Below the pieces are notes generated by a model, which did no database searches, was not told the DNA's origin, and saw only the letters and a list, made by a program, of their open reading frames with translations. The position numbers and the translations under genes are program-made. A DNA stretch of 33,284 nucleotides, from the NCBI GenBank assembly GCA_023334545.1, contig JAADVB010000211.1, positions 1-33,284 on the forward strand, written 5' to 3'. Positions 12,235 to 23,900 of this stretch are shown piece after piece (within the stretch, counting starts at the first letter, position 1; each line of letters opens with the position of its first letter). Source of the stretch: Salisapilia sapeloensis CBS 127946 (lineage: Eukaryota; Protista; Oomycota).

Positions 12235-13000
12235 GTCCACTTTTATTGTCCAGATCACCGGAACCTATTTTATATAACAGACATATTAATTAATATTTGT
12301 TTTCTTGTAATGGACAGATGCGGGCAGAAAGTAGGGATGATTGATCTTCCCTTTGAGGTGGATATGTACCGACAGTTAATAGATCTGTCGATTTATACAG
12401 CTATGCTTGTCGTTACTATCGTTTTAGATGACATTTTCATCGTTTACTAGTAAAAATAATCTCAAACTGAAGTAATAAATTTGATCAATCGAAAGCCAGA
12501 CTTCACTTCCGTCGTCTTTTGCTGCATTTGCTAATATATGGCTTGTTTAAATAGCAAAATAGATCTAGATAATCAATTTACCATGTCGATAGTCTCACCT
12601 TCCTTTCAGATGAGCAAGGAGCTTTACATCTACATTCTAGTCCAAGTTACCAATCTCTCTTCCGTCTATCCTGCTCGCTTCCAACCACTGTCCAGCTATC
12701 CTAACTTTATCTTTGCATCGAAACTCCTTACATTCATGAACGCTTAATCATTTGGGCAGCATAAGAAAAACAACCGGGTCATAGAGATATACGTCAAACG
12801 TTATAGTTCTCAATTTGTCCAATATGTCGAAGCTGTAGCTGACCTTTGATTCGTACATAAAGGGCAAGACCACTATTGGTGGCCACCCACATCACTCTCT
12901 TAATAAGCTTATTTCACTATGCTACAACTAGAGCGAGCAACTGCCTAGTACAAGACTGCACCAACCAAAAGAACTCGAAAATGAAATCCAAAACAAAGTT

Positions 13001-16000
13001 TTATTCGCTATCCGACGACGATCCAAAGAGCTCATTCGCTTCATCCTGTTTCTTCCCGTCGTCCAGATCATCTTCCTGCGTCTGACTCTCCGTCGGCTGG
13101 CTCTCCTCTTGCTTCTCCTCCTCTCCGTCACTCGAGTCCGATCCGAACAAGTTGGACTCGTCCTTGGCCGCTCTCTTCTGTCGCTTCTCGACAAGTCCCT
13201 TCATCTTGGCGTTCCGGTTCTTCATGTCTTCAATAGAAAAGTTGTCTTCTCCATCTTCATTCTCCTCTCCATCGTCGATAAAGTCATCTTCCTCCTTCTT
13301 CCGCTTCTTCCCTCCCTTCTTCTTCCCAGTCGTCGCCTTCTTCTCCTCCTCCTCCTTCTGCTTCCACCCTTGACTCATCTGCTTCAGCCGCTCCTCCTGC
13401 TTGATCAACACATCCTCCCGCCTCTTTCTCAAATCCTCTTCCTTCTGCCGCTCTTCCTCCTTCTCTCTCGCCACCTTCTCCTCATACTCCTTGAGCATCT
13501 GTCGTTGCTGCTCCGTCTCCACACGACGTCTCTCCTCTTTTTGCTTCTCAAACTCGAGATGAACGCTCGCCTTCTCCAGCGTCTCACCAATGAACTTGAC
13601 GTGCTCTTCCACCTTATCCTTCTCATACGGAAGACCCGTCGCACTCTTCTCGGCTTCGTCCACCAAGTACTGAAAGATCCTACGTGCGCGTTGTAAATCT
13701 GCAATCGCACGCTCAACGTCAGCTAGCGTACGTTGGATGGCTGATGCGCCACTGCCTGAGCTTCCTTGTCCCAAAGTTGTGACGGCAAAGTCTTCCTGTG
13801 CTAGACCTAAGTTGTACCACAGACGCATGTCCGTCGGATCCAAGTGAATAGCCTTCGTCAAGGTCGTGATGCACTTGGGGTAGTTCTTGGCTTCGTAATA
13901 AGCCTTGGCAAGGTACAAAACGACCTCGACGTCCTGTCCATTGTATCCCTTGGACAGACAGACAGAGTAGAGCTGAATGGCTTCTCCATACCGTTCTTCT
14001 GCCATGAGAACATGAGCCAAGTTGATCCATGCATCGGGGACATCCGGACTAGCTTCACGAACATGCGTAAAGACTTGTTTCGCTTTCTCAAAGTTTCCTT
14101 TCTCAGCAATCATGATCCCGAGACCATTGGCAGCATACAAGTTCTTTGGTTGCGTCTGTAACGTCTTCTTGTAGTACACCTCTGCTAGCGACAAATTCTT
14201 TGTATAGCGATTCTTTTCACCTAGATTACGCATAAAGATGTTGCCCATGCTCAAGAAAGCGTATGGATCGTTCTTCATCTCTGGCATACCCATGGCTTTT
14301 TCAAACTTTTTCTGTGCTAATGACCATTCCTTCTTACCCATGTGGATGTTTCCTTGGAGGAAACAAGCACTTGCACACGTATTATCGACTTCCAGAGCCT
14401 TGTCGAATGTAGATAAGGATGCTTGATATGCACCTGCATCACGCTCCATGCACCCAATGCGCAGGAGAGCGTCCAAGTACGTCGGGAACGTCTGGAGGAT
14501 GAACTCGTAGACTCGACGAGCTGTCTCTCTCTCGCCCATGTGTTCTAGCAAGACGCCCATGTTGTACAGAACCGTCACGTTACTCTCCGTTGGCGTCGGC
14601 AAGTCCTCTACGACTAATATGCCTTCGCTCTCCTTTGTCTCCTCTTCCGTACTCCCACCATCTAGCTCCAACGCATGATGGAAACTCTTCATGGCATCCT
14701 CCAACTTACCCACACGTTCCTGCAAGACACCTAGATTCACGTACAACTCCATCGGAACATGCTCTCCTGCCGTCTGAAGCACCTTCTCCGCCGCAACATA
14801 CGATGACACGGCAACGATCTGATCCTTCCGCTCCGACGACGTACGCAAGAGCTCTGCGGTATTCAAGAGCGCATCCAAGTTACCAGGATCCAGCTCAACG
14901 ACACGTCGCAATAAGCGCACAGCATCCTCCTTCTTACCTACTTGTCCGTATGCATGTCCTAGTAGCAACAATACGTCGACATTGTCCGGATGGGCTTTAT
15001 CTGCTTTCTCCAAGTAGTTTGTCGCTTTCCCAAACTCTTTTCTATGGATGTACATTTGTGCGAGACCGTACCATGGCAAGACAAAGTCCGGCCATAACCG
15101 ACCTGCGTTAAAGTAGTAACTGTATGCGTCCTTGTAGCGACCTTGAGCATGACAGCCTCGACCCATGAGGTAGCAGCTTTCCGCTCGAATCTCCGGCACT
15201 TGCGTCGCGTGGAAAGCGTTGCCAGCGAGGTTCAGCATCTTCGTATAATCCTTCCTGTAGATCGTCGCTGTCATCAACGTCTCTTCCCTGTAATCTGCGT
15301 CGAGTTCAATGGCAGAAGACGTGACGGCGCCGTCGTGAGATGAGATGTATGCAATGTAGCGATCGCCTACGCGTACCATTTCACCTGGAGACAGCTCTGA
15401 GGAGACGTCTTTGGATGTCAAAAGCACTTTCGAGCCTCGAGAGGCACTCACAGTACAGGGGAGAGGCACCCATTGCGCAAAGTAATGATTCGCCAAGTGA
15501 TTTAGGACCGTGGGATTCGTGGAATCAATTGCATGGGCGTGATGCAGCAGCGTCATGAAGCGAGACGTCTCGTCCTCAACGCTCATCTGACGCTCATCTT
15601 TCCCTTGACTCGCTAGCTGCCACAATGCCGTCGCGAGGACTGCATCGACGTTCGTATCGTCTAAGGACGCTGCGTACTTCATCACTTGACGAGCTTTATC
15701 CACTGCACCTTCGTGGAAACAGCAGTAGGCGAAGGCCATACGCATGCGGGATGCTTGTGGACTCTTCGGATGGAGTTTAATCGCTTCAAGAAAGAGTTTC
15801 TTTGCTTCTCCATACTTTTTCTTACGATAGAGAAGCACTGCTTTGCCTAAGACTGCTGGGAGATGATTTGGATGACTAATGAGAACGGATTTGAGGAAAC
15901 GGTCAGCACGATCATCCTCTCCTTTCGCCATGAACATAAGCGCTTTGCCAACTAGAGTCATCGGATGCTGATGATCGAGTCGATCTGCGCGTTGAAAGTA

Positions 16001-16457
16001 GCTGACGGCGCGCTGGGAAATGGCTTCCCTCTTTTTCTCGTCTTCCTCATGCCACATGGCGTTCACCGCATGACTGGCAAGAGCGTTGAAAAACTTAATT
16101 CGACACGTACGCGAGTGTTCATCCTTGTAGATCTCCTCGATACCAGGCTCACTAGCAACACTAAGGATTTCCTGGAACTGACTCACTTGTCCTTGGTTGT
16201 AATATTCCACCTATGGAACAAGAGGTCATGTAAAACAAGCGTTTATCATATACGAAACGAATAAAGCCTACCGCGAACTTCAGCCAGACATCTAGCGGCG
16301 CGACTTCCGCCCGCAGAATATCGATAATGTCATTCACATCTTCCGGCAGTTCATCTGCAAAGACTTCAACCGCCTGATCTGAGTTCTTTACCGGGATCAA
16401 GAGCGAGCGCTGCTTGTCCTCCTCGTCCGTCTGCGCCGCGATCTCCACGTCCGCCAT
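13001..16457 (-). CDS. CTR9: RNA polymerase-associated protein CTR9 (PAF1 complex TPR subunit), 2 exons
   Basis: Exon 1 16457-16272 (62 codons), 61-nt intron, exon 2 16210-13001. Recognised motifs: LLIPVKNSDQAVEV..ELPED..DILRAE.APLDVW..FA|VEYY, TPR array, LNHLANHYF, NLYAANGLGIMIAEKG, WINLAHV, and a KE-rich coil with acidic tail. Confidence 0.95.
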
Positions 16458-16745
16458 TCTCGCCTGTGTGGTTCGTAGCTATAAATAGCCGACCAGGGTG
16501 TAAATATACACCTTTTATGGCCAGAATGGAATGGTTCTAGCATATCTTTCATCAAAATAGACGTTTTAGTAAAAGTTTGTCCTATCTAGCATAACGTACT
16601 TGTATTTTGTATGGTTGTAAAGTGTATAAAAACGAAAGAAAAAGATTAGGAAGCTTGCAAGAAGTGCAACCAAGCGCGAGTTTGTGCGCGGGAGACTTTA
16701 AGCGGTACTTTTGTGCGTGACGTAGAGACTTGTAGGGTAGATAGA

Positions 16746-18912
16746 ATGGAGAGATGTGGGTGGGAAGATGATTCTATCCTCCTGTTGCTTCAACTCTTCC
16801 GTTCGCACGTGAATGAATACATATATGGCACCGAAGCAGACTTTATGAAAGTCATTCAGCCGCATTTGCAAGGTACTGTACCTCTTCTATGGTTTCTATT
16901 TAATAAATGGAGAGAGTTATGCGTGCATTAGACCTTGACTTGGTTATTTGTTGCGTAGGTAAACGAGAACAGGACATTCGAACCATCTTCCGGTCCTTGC
17001 TTGTGACACTCAACCTGAAGGTACCAGATAAGTCCTTCAAGTCGGAGTGTAAGTCCTTGTAGATATAGCTTAAAATGGTTCCAGGTGATACATATTATTT
17101 CTAATCAACTATTTTAGTGCTACAGACATCGAGTGGCGTTGTGTATGCGCATGAGCATCTGTATCAGACCGTGGTGGAGTTACCAGAGAACAAGGTCGGG
17201 ATCATACTATTACCGGAAGAACTACGAGCATTCGTATGCAAGCTAAGAATGTTTCGAGGCGTCCTGGATCGAAGTGCCGATCTCTTCTTCACTCGGACCC
17301 AAATCATAAGTACGCAAAGCTTCTTACGCAGTTGAAGTGTGATACTAAATAGGGTATATAGGCAAAAGTATTCAACAGACGAAGCAAAAGTTTTATGCGC
17401 TGAGAGATATGTACTTAAAAGAGTTCCAAGATCCTCCACAAGGTAGACTTTGCGTCTAAATTGTATAAATAGTTGACTAATGGCATACATAGAGTCGGGA
17501 GGTCAAAAGAAAAGAAATGAGATGCTACGTTTCATTTTTTCGAATGTGAAAGAGCGTCAAGTGGAGCGAGAAGAGCCTCCAGATCTCGTTAAACCGAGCA
17601 AAGTCAAGGTAAATACGAACAAGGCGACCATGTGGTCGACGCAAGATCTTGAGATACTAGTCGAAAAGGTCGTTGAAATAACCCAGGAGGTACAGACAGA
17701 TGGGACGTCCCAGCTCATCATAAATCTTCCGAAAATGCTCAGTACGTCAAAACTTTATCACTCCACCTAGAAAACATGCATTTAACTATCACATTAGAAC
17801 GTACGCCTGCGTCCGTCCTGAGCAAAATATATAACATTCGAGAACGTTGTGTAAAGAATACGAGAAGCTATCGAACCGCTACTTTGCCCGATGTGCTGTT
17901 CGATACGACCAGCATGGCCTACCGTATCTTTCACTCGGACTGGTTGAACCTAGAAGATTTCAATGCGATAGGAATACATGCCATCCGTCGGTATTGCGGA
18001 AATAAAAAACGTGGACGGAAGCCTTCACTAATTGCCCTACGATCACCGCAGCCACAGCATGCAGTTCGCCCTCAATCGACGACCATCAGCCCAACAGCGA
18101 TTAGCCGTCCTTCATCAAGTTGCCGACCTGCATCGAATATTCAGCCTCAATCGATCAGCCAGCTTCCACCGACCAGTGACCTTCCACCTTTTCTTAATGA
18201 TCTTGCAGAGGAACAGCAAGAAGACGTAGAAATCTGTACCAAGGTGGCACAAGCCATGTACGTTCATTTGCCATTCGCAAACGCCAAGAAAAGTGACGTT
18301 CTATCGGCTGCATCCATGGAGTTGTCATCTGTCGGTCCACTCTACATCAATTACATCTACGATTTGATTGTTGGTAAGCTTGAAGCTTCGAACGTATCGA
18401 TTGATGCTCTTGGACCGAAAGTACTTGGGTTACCATCTCATCCAAAATCAAAACAAGCAACGTCCGAGACAGTCAAGAGGGTGACAGAAACCGAAACAGC
18501 AGCACACGCAGACGACAGTGAACGTCGGACTGAAATGAATGACAGCGACGTCCATCCAGTCCAGCAAGACATAGACCAGCCGAGTGCCGAATACAATGAC
18601 ACGAATGGTGTCAACAAAAGTGCTTCGTCTGTTTCCAACGGTTCTGTGCAAGAGTCCGAACAAGGACTCTGTCGATCATGCGGTCGAGAGGCCAATGCAC
18701 CTCAAGCAGAATCCGAGGATGAAGAATCTACTTCTGCAAGTCTCTTTCTTCAAAATTTGTTGCATCAAGAAAAGGAACGAGGTCGAGTAATACAACTCAA
18801 GCGAAGAGAATTAATGGAGCGGGAGGAGGATGCACGACGACATCCAAAGTATGCTCGACGCACGCGAGAGCTTCGAACGTCTCTTTACGACACATTTGTG
18901 CAAGGAGCCTAA
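16746..18912 (+). CDS. Putative DNA-binding protein with three Myb/SANT-like repeats and a disordered C-terminus (about 617 aa, 6 exons)
   Basis: Exons 16746-16872, 16959-17048, 17118-17309, 17362-17442, 17493-17741, 17798-18912 (1854 nt in frame) join four track ORFs through GT-AG introns of 50-86 nt. Repeats follow W/L..L.....|(G/S/K)K/R.....K.F/I..L. The domain call is by pattern only. Confidence 0.65.
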
Positions 18913-19004
18913 GTCTTTTGTTTTTCATGGATTCTTTTTCTTATCGTTTACTCTCTTCCTTGTCTTGTGCAGTCTCGAGCGCTCGTTTGTATGCAACTAG
19001 GTAC

Positions 19005-20288
19005 CTAGAATCGGCAGGCTTCAACAACGTCCGCCACGGGGATACTCTTGGCTTCGAAGACGCAGTTGATGCAGACGTCCCACAGCAGCTTATTTGCCGT
19101 TGTAGCTTCGTCATCGGATAGCACACCCATGGCGACGTCCATCGTGATATTACACTTGTTACAAGCATCTTGGCGACAGATGCGACAGTTGTAGAGACTG
19201 CTGCCAAAGAACTTGCTCCGGCCTCGATGGCACACGACACAGTCGTCTCCTGTCGATCGGTCCGGTCGACGCTTACCTTCCTGTCGTTTCTGTCGGTCCA
19301 AGAAACGCACGCGTTTTGCCATTGAAATCGGTGCGAGATGCAGCGTCGCGGACAAGCAGTCCATGGCAAAGTGCGTCGCAACTTGTTCGACTAATTTACC
19401 ACCTGCATCGAAGAACCCTTTGACAAAGACATCGACCATCGTCTCAGAGTACTCGCTAGTCCATCCGAGCATACAGAAGGACATGGTCGCACGCACGAAG
19501 CCATTCGTTTCCGTCGGTATGCTCAGACGCGACTTAAATTTGTCTGATAAAGTATGGAAGATGTTGTATCCGACGTCTCGACCTCGCTCGTCTTGCGTCG
19601 TACCAGTTGCGTGGATGCAGAGATGGTCTCGGTGGGATGCCACACCAGGCAACGCCGACGGTCGTTCATTCACCATCCACTTGAGTGTAACGTGACGGAA
19701 CGGGTCTTCCGCCGTCGGTTTCGCAAGCACCGCGAGTGTCCGACACTCCTGTGTGCTTTCGTAGAGCAGCGAGTGGCGAACACGCTTGGCACTCATGTCT
19801 TCTGCCAAGTTTCCGAGCATAAAGTCATCAAGCGAGATGTCTAATCTACCGGTGACGGCGATGAGAGGCGTGTTGCGTGGTTTCATGGATTCAATGACAC
19901 CGTCCGAGTAGCTAATCGTACGGTCCGTGTCTTCCGATTCGGCGGACATGGAGTGGACGTCACTCGAGACCTTTGGGTCGAGTTCCGGCAAGCCTGGATC
20001 CGTCCAGACAGCGCGCTCGCCACTGTCGTTACGGCCCCGACGTGCATTTTTCTTCTTCTTGTAAAATTTCAATCCTTTGCGCTTCTTAATGTATTGCCAG
20101 TCGGCCGTGTCCGGGAGGGAAGAGGACGAGTGGGAGGAACCGGAGGCAGTCATGGAAGCATGGTCGATGCCGTCTCGAACGGTTTCACGTACCATGTTGT
20201 CGATCTCTTCTAGGATAGCATTTGCATCGGCGGGTGTAAGTCGCGACTGGAGGTCGGATAGTCCTTTTGGTACCGGTCTGCGGGACAT
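19005..20288 (-). CDS. START-like domain + FYVE-type zinc finger protein
   Basis: 427-aa ORF. W.YIKKRKGLKFY..IAVTGRLDISLDDFMLG..TAEDPFRHVTLKW..HRDHLCIHATG..RDVGYNIFH (START-like, typical of the oomycete-expanded family), followed by CVVC..CRICRQDACNKC..CINC. Confidence 0.8.
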   Translation of the reverse strand: MSRRPVPKGLSDLQSRLTPADANAILEEIDNMVRETVRDGIDHASMTASGSSHSSSSLPDTADWQYIKKRKGLKFYKKKKNARRGRNDSGERAVWTDPGLPELDPKVSSDVHSMSAESEDTDRTISYSDGVIESMKPRNTPLIAVTGRLDISLDDFMLGNLAEDMSAKRVRHSLLYESTQECRTLAVLAKPTAEDPFRHVTLKWMVNERPSALPGVASHRDHLCIHATGTTQDERGRDVGYNIFHTLSDKFKSRLSIPTETNGFVRATMSFCMLGWTSEYSETMVDVFVKGFFDAGGKLVEQVATHFAMDCLSATLHLAPISMAKRVRFLDRQKRQEGKRRPDRSTGDDCVVCHRGRSKFFGSSLYNCRICRQDACNKCNITMDVAMGVLSDDEATTANKLLWDVCINCVFEAKSIPVADVVEACRF

Positions 20289-20920
20289 GTTTGGTCAAGC
20301 AAGAAATGACTTGTGTTTGTGCGGGTGGCTTGTGTGTTTTGGTCCGTCGGAGCTTCTCGCAGAGTGTGCGAAGTGTGGTCTCCAACGCGTAGACGGAAGT
20401 GACTCCAGTCGCTGTAACCTCGCTTGTCGATACGGTTGTCTGTCGTGACGTTGTCTCTACATAGATGGTTCAAGTTGGTCGAATAGAAATCGGACAACGT
20501 AGTACGTAGCGCTTCATGTGTGCAGTACTTTTACAGTATCTGATGAGAAGGCAGCGCAATTGAAGAACGTATGAGGAGCTACGACTTGCGACCACCAGGT
20601 GCGTTCGGTCGCGGGTAGGTACAACAAGCACTGTAGCAAGCCAGAAGCTTAGTCAATAGCTTAGGACGATGGCACATCAGAAAAGATGTTCCTGCAACGG
20701 CATTACCACGACACAATGCGTATTTGGCGCTCGGCCATGAGAAATCTACACGTCGCATAAGATAGTCCTGCCGTCCATTGAGACAGCGAACGATGCCAGC
20801 AAGGCAAGACTGTGTAGCCAGTAATGATGTTAATTTGAGTCTTCTCATATCAATCAAGCTGTCGTTGTCTGCAGGTTTCCTATGATCCGCAGTTGTTTGC
20901 TCGTGATACATCTGTCTGCA

Positions 20921-20973
20921 TCCAAGTGGATGAATGTCATCCGCTTGAGCGAAAGGTTACATATCCACTTGGA
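20921..20973. repeat. Short inverted repeat with two alternative right arms
   Basis: TCCAAGTGGAT (20921-20931) is the perfect reverse complement of ATCCACTTGGA (20963-20973). CAAGTGGATGA also pairs with TCATCCGCTTG (20938-20948) with one G-T pair. Confidence 0.6.
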
Positions 20974-23900
20974 ATAGAAATCAAGAGCTCTTCATTTGTC
21001 AAGTCGAATAGCATGATCGACAACGGAAAGATGGATGCCATCGATCTAATTTAAACGAAGATTAGAAGCATAGAGCTCCAGCTATGTAAGGTACATATCA
21101 GAATACTCTGTACTCTTACGATTCTTTGTCATCCATGAAGAAGGATGTAAGTGCACCGCCTTCGCTTCGTTGTTTGGACAATAATGTTCCAAGTTTCCCA
21201 AGAGCTACGGTGTGGGATATCATGAATCCATGTGTCACCTTCGTAGAACTACCGCATTTATGGTACGCTGATGCACGCCACGGAAGCACTATACTCTCTA
21301 CACAGCCTGCTTAGCACTTACATGCGAGCGTATCCAACAGATTGAGCTACAAGTGTATATTTCCAAGGGTGGTGCACGTTGAGACGACGGAAGGTCATGC
21401 CGCCAAACGTAGTATCCTGTAGGACCTTGCAGTCGGAGCTGTTTAGTGAACGAAGCGACATTTTCTCTAGGCCTACTATACGACATGGCGGAATATTTGA
21501 ATGAGCGTGCACCGAATTTGCGATCTCTGCTTCATATCTCACAAGTTGCACCTTTGTGAATGCGAAGATTGCCGTTTAAGGTCTATCATGCAAAAGCAAT
21601 CGAAACGAAAGCTTATGTAAGAGTCACGTGCGAGTATTTTGCGACGGCTTCCTCTCTTTCCTGTCTCAACTCCTGTAGGAGATTTTCTTCTTCATGTTTT
21701 TAATACAACGTAGCTAAGTTTGCTGGAAGCAACGTGTAGGCGACAACATGTCCTTACTGTAGTGTCCAATAGGATATGCATTGCAAAATGTATCGCATCC
21801 TCGTAGGATGGTCAAATTCGTAATTTTCGCACCCGGTTTAGAGCGGATAGACACTCCAAATCTGCTCACGATTGACCTTCGATTGATATCCTGCTTAAAG
21901 CAACAGGTATGCCGATCAAGATGCTTCCTTGTGTTGCTGACCAAAATCCAGAAATCTGCCAATTTTGTGGTTGAATGGTATGTTTACCATGCTTTAAAGT
22001 TCAGACATACGAACTGGCAAAGTACAGCACAACCGGAGCTGTAGTTGGATATGTGTGTATAACTTGGATTTCCCAATTACAAAATCTTGAAGCAAAAGCT
22101 CTTCGTTTCCTGTGAATAGCAGAAAGCGTCATTCAAATCCAAAGGATCTGACTATGTAACCGTAGCTAGAAATGTACCTCGAGCGCTCACTTACATTGTA
22201 GTGTTCACCTCTCGTCACACATGTGTATAAGGTCAATGTATCTTGACTTGATACTTACGCTTTCACTCAGTGTCACTGTGCATGACCGTCACGGACTTCA
22301 TCGTACTGCATGCTGGTACAGAATGAAGTTATCACTGGCTTCGAATCATACGATATAAGCTAGCATTGGACTCTACCTACCTCCAACCATCGGAGCATTG
22401 ACACAAGTCGAGCTATTATTGCTATAGCTGGTTGAATCGACGACAGGTATCTATTGATATAAGTCATGGTGATCCCGTTACTTCACAAGATCACCATCTC
22501 ACTTATAACACGATCCCTGTCTCTTGTCTTTTCAAACTAGTATGTGGGTTACGTCGGGCTCTGCCGAGTCTCATCGATTTAGGCAGAAATCGTAGAGGTG
22601 ATGCCATCTCTCCGCGTTCTTTCATCTTTCGCACCATATCGTGCACTTCCAGCACAAATTGACAACGTTGCTTTGTCGATGCGTAACTAATTTCACAAGC
22701 TCGTGTACAGATCAAAACGGTCCACCATCTCGGGAGCGTTTTACTTGTTACCAGTACAATCAAGAATGCACGAAAAAAGTTCGTATTTTCACTTGTGAAT
22801 GGGGAACATCAGAAGTTGCTGTAAGTCGCGGAAACCCTATTATCCTGTTTATCCTGGTCGATTGCGTATTTGACCGTCTATCGTATTTTCAACTTGAGTA
22901 CCCATTCTCTACTTTCATATTTCCATTCCAACCTTTGCCGTCTTTACGCGAGCGCTTGGTACTGACTACAAACACTCAAGTTGACTGAACAAGTGTTTGG
23001 GAATATAAAAATGATCTCTGGCCTTGAAACTGAAATCCAACAGCACCATATCCATCGGATATTTAATCATTTGACTCTTGAGTCTATCCAAATACGTCGC
23101 AATCGCTTCCATCAAAACCTTTCAGCTCAATTAATTCCTGCAAATCAGCTGGTGCTGATCGTTCGCTACAAGAGTGCGTCAAAATCGATGTGTGTATCTG
23201 AGTGTGTCGAACGTTGGACACGACTCAACGCTTGCCTTCATGTCGAAGGCACGAAGTGTCCGTTTTGACACTTGATGCAGTAGACATGCAGCCAGAGAGG
23301 TTTCAAAAACTTTCTTTGGCTTCGAATCGGTTCACTATCCATTCTTGATGTGCATCGTCGTGAGCTCTTCAGATACAACTAAGTGGTAGACTGGATGATG
23401 TATGAAAGTAAAACGATCGCTCACAAAGCTGTCCATGTCAAGGCTGTCGCACAATCCAGGTAGAGACTTAACGAGATCTGCACAATGCCCACCCCGGCTT
23501 TTGAGGAGACGGATGAGAGTTCCGCCCTTACCAAGATTGACAGTATGGTCATTAGTTGGCGCACACAACAGCTCCCGGGCTGACTCTGCACAGAATCAGC
23601 ATTTTCTTGTCGCACAAGATAGATGGCGTACCTGTGTTATACTTTTTGGTCGAGGCGATGAGTGAAGTAAATGAAGACGATATCTGTGATTTCGATGGTA
23701 ATAGAGCAAGAAACTTGGAATACACATAGCTGTTATTCGAGAACATAATAGGCAGCTCTAGAGCCCAAAAATTGGTCTTGCTCCTGCTCGTCTATCACCA
23801 AGTCATGCTTGAAGGACAAGACTGTCTAGATGTTGGATGACCAACGTGTGATTTCAAGAAGCAAACTATAACTTGATCATCCTTGTGGTAGTACATCATA

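Noticed and set aside
12450-13000. Short ORFs between the LRR gene and the CTR9 3' end
   Set aside because: All are under 100 aa, stop-interrupted and without recognisable motifs; the region likely holds the LRR promoter and CTR9 3'UTR.
13109-13696. 195-aa Leu-rich + strand ORF and apparent CT-rich microsatellite
   Set aside because: Antisense shadow of the GA-rich codons of the CTR9 Lys/Glu coil.
16674-16694. GCGCGAG / GCGCGGGAGA E2F-like motifs in the CTR9 divergent promoter
   Set aside because: Imperfect match to TTTSSCGC and no independent support.
22140-22440. Two minus-strand GTAAGT donor-like sites suggesting hidden exons
   Set aside because: The candidate exon between them has stops in all three frames.
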